DNA of 64,000 bases from Bdellovibrionales bacterium (GTDB lineage Bacteria > Bdellovibrionota > Bdellovibrionia > Bdellovibrionales > UBA840), in contig JBGCGH010000027.1 in the NCBI GenBank assembly GCA_045110695.1, positions 20,219 through 84,218 of the forward strand, given 5' to 3'. The position numbers were made by a program, and so were the translations under genes. Below, one piece after another: positions 39,859 through 49,355 of this stretch; position 1 is the stretch's first letter; each line of letters opens with the position of its first letter. The notes below the pieces were generated by a model. The model searched no databases. It was not told the origin of the DNA and saw only the letters and a list, made by a program, of their open reading frames with translations.

Positions 39859-40340
39859 CGATAAATTCCAGAAACAATAGTACCTTCAGGAACATCTTTG
39901 AAAACAATGGCATTTGCAGCAATTTTTGCTTTTTCTCCGATTTGAATCGGCCCAAGTACCTTAGCGCCCGTACCAATTAAAACACCATTCCCAATATCAG
40001 GATGCCTTTTAATGGGATCAAACTTCAAGCCTCCCAAAGTAACTCCATGAAATATAATACAATCGTCACCTATGGTGGCTGTTTCTCCAATCACAACACC
40101 CATGCCATGATCGATTACGAATCTCTTACCAATCTTTGCACCTGGATGAATTTCTATTCCAGTCAAAAATCTCCCCAATTCAGAGAAAAACCGGGCAAAG
40201 AAAAACAAATTCAGATTCCAAAAGAAATGAGCAAAACGATGGCTAAGCACCGCTTTGGGACCTGGATAAAGAAGGAGAACCTCCATAAAAGATTTTGCAG
40301 CTGGATCATACTTTAAATAAGCTCGAATAAAATCTATCAT
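39855..40340 (-). CDS. cysE: Serine O-acetyltransferase (short form)
   Basis: [16 protein letters not shown]...[22 protein letters not shown]. Confidence 0.9.
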   Translation of the reverse strand: MIDFIRAYLKYDPAAKSFMEVLLLYPGPKAVLSHRFAHFFWNLNLFFFARFFSELGRFLTGIEIHPGAKIGKRFVIDHGMGVVIGETATIGDDCIIFHGVTLGGLKFDPIKRHPDIGNGVLIGTGAKVLGPIQIGEKAKIAANAIVFKDVPEGTIVSGIYR

Positions 40341-41248
40341 TTTCCTACTTTAATTGGATGCTCCACAAGAGCTTTTTTACAATAGGACTCTACATAAGAG
40401 CTATAGCTTTTTGCAAGTTGTAGTGTCAATGCTCCGGGACTATTTGCAATGTTTTTTCCATCTACAGAAAAAACCGGCATTACTTCCTTTGTACTGGAGG
40501 TTATAAATGCTTCATCGGCTGACTTTAAATCCTGAAGATTAAAATCTTTGATTTCTAAATCCATACCTTCTTTTCTAATACAATCAAAGACAATACTTCT
40601 GGTTATCCCCTGTAGAATATCAGAATCGTCACTATTAGTAATAACCTTTGAGTCTTTCACCATAAAAATGTTAAAAGTTGTCCCTTCCGTTATTTTGTTA
40701 TCGCTATTTAAAAGAATCACATCATCAAAATCTGAATTTTCTGTAGAATTCAGTAGACTCAAAATATTATTCAAATAATTTCCCGATTTAATATTTGGAT
40801 CCATTGCAGACTTTGAGTTTCGGATGATTGAAGAACTACTAAGCCTGATTCCTCTTGAATAGTAGATGGGGTCCCATGCTTGCAGCTTATGAAGGTACAT
40901 CACTATATTTGCAGGCCCAGTATTTTTAGGTTTTAAACTTACCTGCTCAAATGCACAAGTTCCTCGACTGACCTGAACCCGAATATAAATATCAGACTCT
41001 CCACCTTCAGCGACAAGCTCATACATTTCTTCGATTAGTTCTTCCTTAGTCCGACCAATATCCATTCCGATACTATCGGCAGACCTAAATAGTCTGTCAA
41101 TATGAGGCTCAAGTCCAAACAATACGTCTCCATAAGTTCGAGTTACCTCATAGATTGCATCCCCAAATAAAAAACCTCTATCGTAAACTGACACCATCGC
41201 ATCTTGTGGCGCAGAAATAAGTCCGTTGACCGACACCAATTCTTTCAT
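40337..41248 (-). CDS. Class IV PLP aminotransferase (D-amino acid or branched-chain type)
   Basis: [45 protein letters not shown]. Confidence 0.9.
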   Translation of the reverse strand: MKELVSVNGLISAPQDAMVSVYDRGFLFGDAIYEVTRTYGDVLFGLEPHIDRLFRSADSIGMDIGRTKEELIEEMYELVAEGGESDIYIRVQVSRGTCAFEQVSLKPKNTGPANIVMYLHKLQAWDPIYYSRGIRLSSSSIIRNSKSAMDPNIKSGNYLNNILSLLNSTENSDFDDVILLNSDNKITEGTTFNIFMVKDSKVITNSDDSDILQGITRSIVFDCIRKEGMDLEIKDFNLQDLKSADEAFITSSTKEVMPVFSVDGKNIANSPGALTLQLAKSYSSYVESYCKKALVEHPIKVGK

Positions 41249-41252
41249 CTAT

Positions 41253-41942
41253 CTATTTCCTACAAAAATAATCTGGGTAACGAGAATCCGTTACATCAAT
41301 ATGCGCAAAATATAGTACATTATCTTGAACCGTGACAAACACAAAAGTTCCGCCCAATAAGGCGATATGCCTTGCCTGTGCCGAGCTAATTAAAAAGCCT
41401 TTATCGTTGTTCATTTTCTTAAAATAGTCCGTTATATCTCTGTACTGCATACAACCAGAATTCAATGTTTTTGAGTTTAACTTTAATACCTTGGAGTTGG
41501 ATACATGAAAGACTCTAAACTTTTGCCCGATGGGTTCTGGGTTCAAAATAAATTTCAGGTAAAAAGTCCCAGACTTATCATTATTGATGTAATCTTTTAA
41601 ATCAATTCTATTACCACTAGATCCAAACTCTAAGCGATAATTGTAGCCACCTAAGCTAAGAGTAGTCTTCTCTGTGAGCAGCATAGTTATATCCATGACT
41701 TTCTTGGGGATAGCTATTTTTGAGGTTTTATAGTCCATTCCCTCAGAATATTCGTCATTGGTAGCCTTTTCAAAAAAGGTTTCTTCTAATTTATCCCAAA
41801 GCTGGCTTGGTACATCAGTATTTGATACCGATGACTTTAAACTAATAGTACGGTATTTAGAGTCAGAAATCTCATCTTCCTCAATGCACGAAGACAAAAT
41901 CACAAGGAGGAGAATGGAACAGAGTAACTTAAAGTTCTTCAC
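41253..41942 (-). CDS. Hypothetical lipoprotein
   Basis: Lipobox LSSC. Confidence 0.75.
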   Translation of the reverse strand: MKNFKLLCSILLLVILSSCIEEDEISDSKYRTISLKSSVSNTDVPSQLWDKLEETFFEKATNDEYSEGMDYKTSKIAIPKKVMDITMLLTEKTTLSLGGYNYRLEFGSSGNRIDLKDYINNDKSGTFYLKFILNPEPIGQKFRVFHVSNSKVLKLNSKTLNSGCMQYRDITDYFKKMNNDKGFLISSAQARHIALLGGTFVFVTVQDNVLYFAHIDVTDSRYPDYFCRK

Positions 41943-43803
41943 CAGTGAGTAACTCCCTCTCTAGTCTCAGAAGTGGAACAAAACTTGGTCCTTCTCCGAG
42001 GGCTTCGGCCACGGTTTCACTGCTCTTACTAGGATCATTTTCATAAACATCTCTTGCTAAATAGTAGCTGACAAACAGGTGTTTTCTATCGAACCGGAGA
42101 AGCTTCATACCAACATTATTTATACATTTTAAATCTTTTTCAGAAACACAGAAATCTAGCACCTGATAGGCTTTAAGATTAGAAACCGACGATGGTAGTT
42201 TGGCAGTTAAGGGCTCAAGATCCGCTTGATCCACAAAGCCATTGCGGATCAAAGACCGCAATGTATTTATAAAATCCGAATCATTATCAATAGCATAGGC
42301 TTTGTCCACCCACTCTTTCGCTGAAAAACTGTCATCGACATTATTTGCAAGGATTGCCATCAACGCGGAGAAGACCCGACTGTCCATTTCCGTCCTTTTA
42401 CCCAAAACCTCTTTGACTGTTTTCCATCGATCTAAATGCCAAAGTAGTTTAGGCTCATAACGAAAGTTTTCGTAATATTTCAATGGAAGATTAGCCCCCT
42501 GGAGAAATACTTTTGTAACGGATTCCTTGGAGGAATCTTCCGCCAACAAAGCCACCATAAAGCTTGATAGCTGGAGATCGTCTAAGTTTCTTATAAGCTC
42601 CTGTCTTAAACGCTTTTTTTCATTAAAAGAAAAACTTAAATTGCTCTGAACCATCAGCTTCCATTGAATAAACAGCTGCGCCCTGATCTGCTCCCTAGTA
42701 TTGAACTTCCAATTGATTGCTTGATTTGCATTTTTATAGTCCCCAATCTCAGCGCTCAGATAGGCAAAGTTTAGCCTAGCGGCAGAGTTTTGTGGAGAAA
42801 TCTGAAGAGCTGTTTTTAAATATTGTGTTGCAGTTAGCAAATTACCATTTAAAAACTCAATTTTTGCCTGTAGCACTTTCCTATCACTATCAGGAATCAT
42901 AGTTAATGTATCCAAAATGACCTGAGCTAAATTTGACTCGCCCCTTTCTGGAAGCATTAGTACCATTTTGCTAAGATCTTTTGAATTTAATGTCTCTTTC
43001 TCAACAGAGTAAATCGTTTTATAAGAATTTAGAGAGCTTTCAAAATCACCGATCTCATAGTATACCCTAGCTAACTCCAGACCCCGTAAATCTTTTGATT
43101 CTAGCATCTTGTTTTTGGTGACAAAATAAAAGCCTATGATCAAAACTAATACCGCAATCACAAGTTGCATGATGGACTTTGAAACGGGCTGAGAGTTGTT
43201 AGATGTATAACCAGCAACATCATTAGATTGAGTCTTGCTACTATGCATGGCGCTTCCACCAAGAGTAACACTGGATGTGATAGATTTTGTTACATCCACG
43301 GTTCGGGTCGGCATAAGATCTGAGTCTCCGAACTCATCTAATATTTTTTCAAAATTATCTTCTTCGCGGATGTAACCCCAATGGGATCTCGGCGCAATAA
43401 TTTCATCAATCGGACTATAGGTCCTTGACCGTAGCCCTGTGGAAATCTGATCAGAACTAAGAGGCCCCTCAACAGATAAGGAGGATTTTAAGAGCCACTT
43501 TGGTGATTTTGGTCCAATCGCCTCTCTTAGTGGACCACCAATGTTAGCTTGAACTACTTCAATGCAAGAGTGGCAAACATGTCCATAATCTGATTTGGAT
43601 GCATATTCTCCAGGATTCACTTTGCGGCTACAGATTCCACAATCCACTTGATGATCACAAGGACTGGACCCTCCAGGACTCATACTTAAAAAATAAGGTA
43701 GAACCGGCTCTCTTTGACTGAGGCAAAGTAGACAATTGCTACCAGCCGATGCCTCAATGTAAGTTTCAATATTTCGGCCACAAGTGGCGCAGGCCTTAGC
43801 CAT
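41929..43803 (-). CDS. Cys-rich Zn-finger / GYF-like / TM / TPR membrane protein
   Basis: CATC, CLLC, CGIC, CHSC; WLLKSSLSVEGPLS...W; single TM; TPR-like periplasmic part. Confidence 0.75.
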   Translation of the reverse strand: MAKACATCGRNIETYIEASAGSNCLLCLSQREPVLPYFLSMSPGGSSPCDHQVDCGICSRKVNPGEYASKSDYGHVCHSCIEVVQANIGGPLREAIGPKSPKWLLKSSLSVEGPLSSDQISTGLRSRTYSPIDEIIAPRSHWGYIREEDNFEKILDEFGDSDLMPTRTVDVTKSITSSVTLGGSAMHSSKTQSNDVAGYTSNNSQPVSKSIMQLVIAVLVLIIGFYFVTKNKMLESKDLRGLELARVYYEIGDFESSLNSYKTIYSVEKETLNSKDLSKMVLMLPERGESNLAQVILDTLTMIPDSDRKVLQAKIEFLNGNLLTATQYLKTALQISPQNSAARLNFAYLSAEIGDYKNANQAINWKFNTREQIRAQLFIQWKLMVQSNLSFSFNEKKRLRQELIRNLDDLQLSSFMVALLAEDSSKESVTKVFLQGANLPLKYYENFRYEPKLLWHLDRWKTVKEVLGKRTEMDSRVFSALMAILANNVDDSFSAKEWVDKAYAIDNDSDFINTLRSLIRNGFVDQADLEPLTAKLPSSVSNLKAYQVLDFCVSEKDLKCINNVGMKLLRFDRKHLFVSYYLARDVYENDPSKSSETVAEALGEGPSFVPLLRLERELLTGEEL

Positions 43804-43817
43804 ATTGGATCCTTAGT

Positions 43818-45191
43818 TTAAAAAGATAGTCCCGCCAAAAATAATCGGAGGTCATCATTTGTTAAGTATATACCTGCGCCTAAATAAGCGTCTGCTGCTG
43901 AATTACCAATATTTTCTCCGCCACCCATAACATAGATACCTTTTGTTGGAATCCATCTAACGTGACTTCTAATATTTGCTGCGTCCTGAAAATCAAAGGC
44001 CTCAACACTGAATCGCAAATTGTCTGAGAACAAACTATAATCTAGGGCAATACCACCAGAGTTTTCTATAATCCCACCTTTTAAAGTTAGGTTATAAAAC
44101 TTCTTTGCATAAAGAGCGGTAAATTTAAATTCATTTTTAAAGGTTTCTGTTTTCTCAACACTACCACCAGGAACTTCTGTTGTTTCAGTAACCTCAGTAA
44201 CACCATTTGGATCATCAACTAAACCAAACTGATAATATCGATCCAAACCTGGTTGCACTAAGATACTTAAGGTGTTTCTAGTAGCGGCTTGCTCACTTAA
44301 ATAGTTAGTATGAAAATCAACTGTAGTCTGCATAACACTCGAGACACCAATAAACTGATTAACATTTCTAATAGCACTATTTAACTCTTTAACGGTTTCA
44401 TCATCATTGATAAGTCTACCTATCGTTCCTTCACCGTTATTCACTTTATCGGTAATTTCTTCGATGTTTTGCATTGAGCTATCTACTCTATTTATCGCAC
44501 GAGTGGCTCTATACCAAGCCACTCTAAAACCATCTTCACTTTCATCATTTACTAATTCATCTAAAGTAGAAAGGATTTTAGTAGCCGAGTCTATGGACTC
44601 ATTCAACTTTTCTCGATTTGCCGTAGAAATTTCAGATAGATCCTTTGTGAAATTTTCGATGTTATCAACTATTCGACCCAATGGAGTGCTTCGATCACCT
44701 TCTCCGGTGCTAGCTTTCTCTAAGGAGTCGGCAACAACCTGTAAGCTTCCTGTTATTTTACCTATGCTATTCATGAGATCAGAAATGGAACCGGCCTCTT
44801 CCACTCTTAAGATCTGTGAGCCAGTTTCTAAAGAAGGCGCACCAGGATCTCCGGTCACGAGTTCTATGTACTTGTCACCCAATATACCATTGTCTCTAAG
44901 ACGAACTTCCGTTTTAGCATTTACAGGAATATCTCCACCTAGGTTCAATTCTATGTAAGCTTTGCCGTTTCTCAATTTAATATCTTTTATTACACCAACA
45001 TTAATACCTGCCATCTTCACAGCGGAGTTTTTAAGTAACCCATTTGCATCATTAAGTTGGAACCATATTGTTTTACTCGAGCCTAGATAAGATGGATCTT
45101 CAGACACCTGCATAGACATCACTGCAACCAAAGCGATCACTGTTAATATCAGTGCGCCAACCTTAAATTCAGCTGTTTTCAGAGCGATCAC
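43818..45191 (-). CDS. mlaD: Long MlaD/MCE protein with helical stalk and beta-rich C-terminus
   Basis: EFKVG TM, ANGL...VKMAGINVG, GILGDKYIEL..G, GEGTIGRLIND. Confidence 0.9.
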   Translation of the reverse strand: MIALKTAEFKVGALILTVIALVAVMSMQVSEDPSYLGSSKTIWFQLNDANGLLKNSAVKMAGINVGVIKDIKLRNGKAYIELNLGGDIPVNAKTEVRLRDNGILGDKYIELVTGDPGAPSLETGSQILRVEEAGSISDLMNSIGKITGSLQVVADSLEKASTGEGDRSTPLGRIVDNIENFTKDLSEISTANREKLNESIDSATKILSTLDELVNDESEDGFRVAWYRATRAINRVDSSMQNIEEITDKVNNGEGTIGRLINDDETVKELNSAIRNVNQFIGVSSVMQTTVDFHTNYLSEQAATRNTLSILVQPGLDRYYQFGLVDDPNGVTEVTETTEVPGGSVEKTETFKNEFKFTALYAKKFYNLTLKGGIIENSGGIALDYSLFSDNLRFSVEAFDFQDAANIRSHVRWIPTKGIYVMGGGENIGNSAADAYLGAGIYLTNDDLRLFLAGLSF

Positions 45192-45949
45192 TTCTTATTC
45201 ACTCCCTTATCTACAAAGCGTTTTACAATATCTATATCGGTACTATAGAAATCTTCTGCAGTACCCTTTAATAGTACCTTACCTTCATACAACATGGCAA
45301 TTTGATCAGCTAGACGAAAAGCCGCATATAGATCATGTGTGATCACAATACTTGTTAAGCCTGGTCGTGCGCTGTGCGTTTTGAGTATTAAATCATCAAC
45401 CATTTCTGTCATTATTGGATCGAGACCTGTAGTAGGTTCATCATAAAGAATGATATCTGGATCTAAGGCCAGTGCCCTCGCAAGACCAACTCTCTTCCTC
45501 ATCCCGCCTGATACCTGAGAAGGAAGTTTTCCAAAATGCTCTTTCCCCAAACCAACTTGATCCAATTTCTTTGCAGCCAGAGCGTATCTATCTTTTTTAT
45601 CTAAATCATTCCTGTATTCGTCCAATGGAAATTGAACATTTTGAAGCGTTGTTAGATCATCAAAGAGCGCAGCATCTTGAAACAACACCCCAAACCTACA
45701 ACGAAATCTAGCTATGGCTTCTTCATCTAATGAATCGATTTCTGTATCAAGAACTTTTATGGAGCCTGAGGTTTTTTTATAAAGACCCAGGAGATGCTTT
45801 AACAAAACACTTTTACCCGTTCCAGAGAAACCAATGATTACAGTAATCTTTCCTTTTGGAATATCTAGATCTAAGCCCTTTAAAATATATTCTTTACCAT
45901 CAAAAGTTTTTTTAAGATCTTTGATTTCTATTGCATTCATGATGTCCAT
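45188..45949 (-). CDS. mlaF: MlaF-type ABC ATPase
   Basis: GFSGTGKS, FQDAALFD, SGGMRKRVGLARA, YDEPTTGLDP. Confidence 0.93.
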   Translation of the reverse strand: MDIMNAIEIKDLKKTFDGKEYILKGLDLDIPKGKITVIIGFSGTGKSVLLKHLLGLYKKTSGSIKVLDTEIDSLDEEAIARFRCRFGVLFQDAALFDDLTTLQNVQFPLDEYRNDLDKKDRYALAAKKLDQVGLGKEHFGKLPSQVSGGMRKRVGLARALALDPDIILYDEPTTGLDPIMTEMVDDLILKTHSARPGLTSIVITHDLYAAFRLADQIAMLYEGKVLLKGTAEDFYSTDIDIVKRFVDKGVNKK

Positions 45950-46734
45950 CCAATAAAAATTCTAACAATCTTTGTCAGGAAAAAGTCTGAAACAATGATA
46001 CAAACCATACTTATGACGACTCCAGAATTGGTAGCCTCACCAACCCCTTTAGCACCACCTTTTGTGTTATATCCCTTATAGGTACAAATAGTTCCAAACA
46101 AAAACCCAAAACACATTGCCTTAAACAAGCCCTCATTAATATGAGAAGGATCAATCATACTATTTACTTTATCAATAAAAATGGCTTCATCTAAGTAGAG
46201 TAAATGAATACAGATAAAGTAGGACCCAAGCATTGCAACAAAATCAAATACGGCCGTTAACATAGGGGCACAAATCGTTGCAGCAAGAATTCTTGGCGCT
46301 ACTAAATATTGTTTCGGGTTTATCCCCATAACATCTAAGGCATCGATCTGTTCAGTAACCCTCATAGTACCGATACGTGCAGCCATTGCACCACCGGCTC
46401 TCGCAGAGACAATAAGTCCGGTAAGGACAGGGCCCAGCTCTCTAAAAATTCCCAATCCTACTGTAGGTCCAACTAAGTTTTCTGCGTTGATTAAATTAAA
46501 TCCAAGATAGATTTGAAAGGACAAAACCATTCCAGTAAAAAAGCCGGTAAGGCAAATAATCAAAACTGATTTGTTGCCAATAAACTCCATATGCTTGATG
46601 AATTCAGAAGTCCGGTAAGGAGCTTTAAACATCCAACTCAGTGAGTCGCGGACGAAAATAAAGTAGTAGCCAAGATCTGAAATCTTACCCACTAAATAGT
46701 TAAGAAAGTTGTTGCTCCGACTGAGACTCGCCAT
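45937..46734 (-). CDS. mlaE: MlaE-type ABC permease
   Basis: RELGPVLTG, IGTMRVTEQIDAL, GGAKGVGEAT. Confidence 0.95.
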   Translation of the reverse strand: MASLSRSNNFLNYLVGKISDLGYYFIFVRDSLSWMFKAPYRTSEFIKHMEFIGNKSVLIICLTGFFTGMVLSFQIYLGFNLINAENLVGPTVGLGIFRELGPVLTGLIVSARAGGAMAARIGTMRVTEQIDALDVMGINPKQYLVAPRILAATICAPMLTAVFDFVAMLGSYFICIHLLYLDEAIFIDKVNSMIDPSHINEGLFKAMCFGFLFGTICTYKGYNTKGGAKGVGEATNSGVVISMVCIIVSDFFLTKIVRIFIGWTS

Positions 46735-47839
46735 CTATATACTTTCGTTGTACCCGACTACCTATGGAGGTGAGCAACTCGTAAGGAATCGTCCCGGCAA
46801 GCTGCGCCAACTCTTCTACCGAGTTTATTTTATCATCTTGCTGGCCAAAGATCACAACTTCGTCTCCTAGCTCGACCTTTTTATTTAAATCAGTTAAATC
46901 TACCATACAATAATCCATACATATATTCCCAATTTGCTTTACAAACTGCCCATGAACCAAGAACTTTGCTAAATTAGATAGCCTTCTATGCAATCCATCG
47001 GCATATCCCAATTGAACAACACCAATCAGACTATCTCTCTGAGCCACAAAGGTACTTGAGTAAGAAACCCCCTCCCCTTTTTTGATAGATTGTATACCAG
47101 AAATCACTGAACATAGCTCCATGGCCGGCAATAGATTCAAATCCGAAATCTCAAAGCTCTTTTCAGGGCGAATCCCATAACTCGCAATACCTAATCGAAT
47201 GAACTGCTCCGGTTCTTCAGCGGGGTCTAATCGAAGACTGCTTGCAGATTTGTGAAAATGTAAATGCTTAAAAGGCAAATCCAGCTTTTCAATGAACTCC
47301 AGAGTATAGGCTTTTTGCCTCTTGGAGTCTCCATTAGGCTGGTCGTAATCTTCTCCTCGATACAAGTGAGAACAGACTCCATCTATCTGAGTCACAGAGA
47401 ATTTACTCAAAAGGCTCTTAAGCTCTGAAAGATCTTCTAACTTGAAACCGAAGCGATTCATACCGCTATTGATTTTAATATGAAATGGAAGCTTTGAATT
47501 GTAGCTGAGATAGTTTTCTAAGGAACATAAGGATCCAATCATTGGGATAACACTATATTTATCTAAGCTCTCAGGTGTTTTTTCCCAAAGGTTTGCAAAC
47601 ATCCAAATAGGAGCTTTAACACCACTATCTCTCAAAAGAATAGCTTCTTCTACTGATATCACACCTAAGCTATCGACACCGATGCTCTCTACGGCCTTTG
47701 CAACCGCTTCCGCCCCATGGCCGTAGGCGTTGGCCTTCACCATCACACAAACACTTTTTGCTTTGGTGTAGGCTTTTATATTTAAAATGTTCTTTTTTAT
47801 TCTATCTAGATGTACTTTTGCTGTGGCCAGTCGGTGCAT
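46700..47839 (-). CDS. alr: Alanine racemase
   Basis: VKANAYGHG, KINSGMNRFG, GVSY, GYADG, CMD, TIPYE. Confidence 0.95.
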   Translation of the reverse strand: MHRLATAKVHLDRIKKNILNIKAYTKAKSVCVMVKANAYGHGAEAVAKAVESIGVDSLGVISVEEAILLRDSGVKAPIWMFANLWEKTPESLDKYSVIPMIGSLCSLENYLSYNSKLPFHIKINSGMNRFGFKLEDLSELKSLLSKFSVTQIDGVCSHLYRGEDYDQPNGDSKRQKAYTLEFIEKLDLPFKHLHFHKSASSLRLDPAEEPEQFIRLGIASYGIRPEKSFEISDLNLLPAMELCSVISGIQSIKKGEGVSYSSTFVAQRDSLIGVVQLGYADGLHRRLSNLAKFLVHGQFVKQIGNICMDYCMVDLTDLNKKVELGDEVVIFGQQDDKINSVEELAQLAGTIPYELLTSIGSRVQRKYIDGESQSEQQLS

Positions 47840-49350
47840 TAACTTTCTTCTCTTTTAGGTATAGGACGGGGTTCAAAGTCCTTCGTAAAACCTTCTGGAG
47901 CTGCTGCCAAGCAAACTTTGTTTCTAGTTGTTTCTTTTACTTGATAAAGAGCATCATCTGCAGCTTTTACAAGGCTTTCCACATCATGACTCGAGCTAGG
48001 ATACTCACTTACTCCCAAACTTATTGAAACAAATCCCATGGGCTGCTTCTCTGCGTTCGGAAAAGGTGTTTTCTCCACAATTCTACGAATCTTCTCTGCC
48101 TTAATGGCAGCCCCTTGCCCGTCGGTGTGAGGAAGGATAAAGCAAAACTCTTCTCCACCCATTCGAGCCACTAAATCACTTTTACGAGTAGACTTCTTCA
48201 TCAATGCAGAAATTTGCTTTAGTAAAACATCTCCCATCTGGTGACCATTTTGATCGTTATACTTTTTAAAATGATCAATATCTAAATAAACCAAAGAAAC
48301 TGGGTATTTACTTCTTCTGGAGCGAGCGATTTCCTCCTCCATTCTTTGGTTAAAAAATCTACGGTTATATAGCCCGGTCAATGGATCTTTAATTGCCATA
48401 TCATGGATTCTTTTTTTCATTTCCGCATTGTGATAGAAAGCCTGCATCACATTTACAAAAGAGTCATAAAGTCTTCTCTGGGCCAGATCATGAATGGGAT
48501 TCAAAACTAAAAAGAATCCATGTAGTTGATTCTCAATATAAACAGAGCTTAAGAGAAATTCGGTTTTTCCAAATACCTGCTGAACCATCTCAGAAACTTC
48601 GACGGACTCATTTAAACGAGCTAACCTATTTAAATACTCTTTCTGATCCACTTCCTTAAAGCTAACTCCTAGCCCACGCAGGGTTTCTTTTGGAATCCCT
48701 TGTGCATTGGCCGCAACAAAACTTTGGTAGGCGGTCATGTGTTTAAAAAATAAAACTGGGCTGCCGTTGAGAATATTACTGGCATTCAATAAAAAACAAT
48801 CCACAACTTGATTGATATCTTTTGCTTGGCTCAGCTCAGCCATCAAATGGTTTAAACTGACGACTTCTTCTTTCTCTTTTGATATTCGCTCATTCAAAGA
48901 GATTAAGGCTGTATTTTTATTCTCTAGCTCTTCCATTAATTGCTCGTTTTGATATTGGAGATAGAGCTTCTCAATCGTTCTGTCTACAGTTACAACCACA
49001 TCACCTAGGTCTTCAAATGGCTTATGAAGATAGTCGTAGGCTCCATGCTTAATTGCAGTTAAGGCTGTATCCAAGCTCGCATGAGAGGTCATAATAATAA
49101 ACTGTATGTCTTCGGTCAGTTTTCTAACTGCCTCGAGTAAATCAATTCCGCTCATTCCTGGCATTCTGATATCACTTAAAATCACATGAGGTGGCTCTTC
49201 TTGCACTACTTTAAAAGCGTCATCGGCAGTCTCAAACTCTCGAGTCTGGTACCCAGCATCACCCAATGTTTCTTTTAGAATGGAGCGAATGGAGGCCTCA
49301 TCATCAACGATGTAAACCATAAATTCTGATCTTATTGCCGAAATATCCAA
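47839..49350 (-). CDS. REC-(GAF-like)-GGDEF diguanylate cyclase
   Basis: IVDDE/SDIRMPG receiver; DPLTGLYNRR, DIDHFK, RKSD I-site, GGEEF. Confidence 0.93.
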   Translation of the reverse strand: MDISAIRSEFMVYIVDDEASIRSILKETLGDAGYQTREFETADDAFKVVQEEPPHVILSDIRMPGMSGIDLLEAVRKLTEDIQFIIMTSHASLDTALTAIKHGAYDYLHKPFEDLGDVVVTVDRTIEKLYLQYQNEQLMEELENKNTALISLNERISKEKEEVVSLNHLMAELSQAKDINQVVDCFLLNASNILNGSPVLFFKHMTAYQSFVAANAQGIPKETLRGLGVSFKEVDQKEYLNRLARLNESVEVSEMVQQVFGKTEFLLSSVYIENQLHGFFLVLNPIHDLAQRRLYDSFVNVMQAFYHNAEMKKRIHDMAIKDPLTGLYNRRFFNQRMEEEIARSRRSKYPVSLVYLDIDHFKKYNDQNGHQMGDVLLKQISALMKKSTRKSDLVARMGGEEFCFILPHTDGQGAAIKAEKIRRIVEKTPFPNAEKQPMGFVSISLGVSEYPSSSHDVESLVKAADDALYQVKETTRNKVCLAAAPEGFTKDFEPRPIPKREES

Positions 49351-49355
49351 TGTCT

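Noticed and set aside
44407-44958. 183-aa + strand ORF, and the many other 60-110 aa antisense or nested ORFs in the track
   Set aside because: They are shadows of well-supported genes, with no recognisable motifs.
47839-48400. Possible Hypr-type (3',3'-cGAMP-forming) GGDEF enzyme
   Set aside because: The specificity position reads GHQMGD (canonical Asp), not the Ser/Thr of Hypr enzymes, so it is most likely an ordinary c-di-GMP cyclase.
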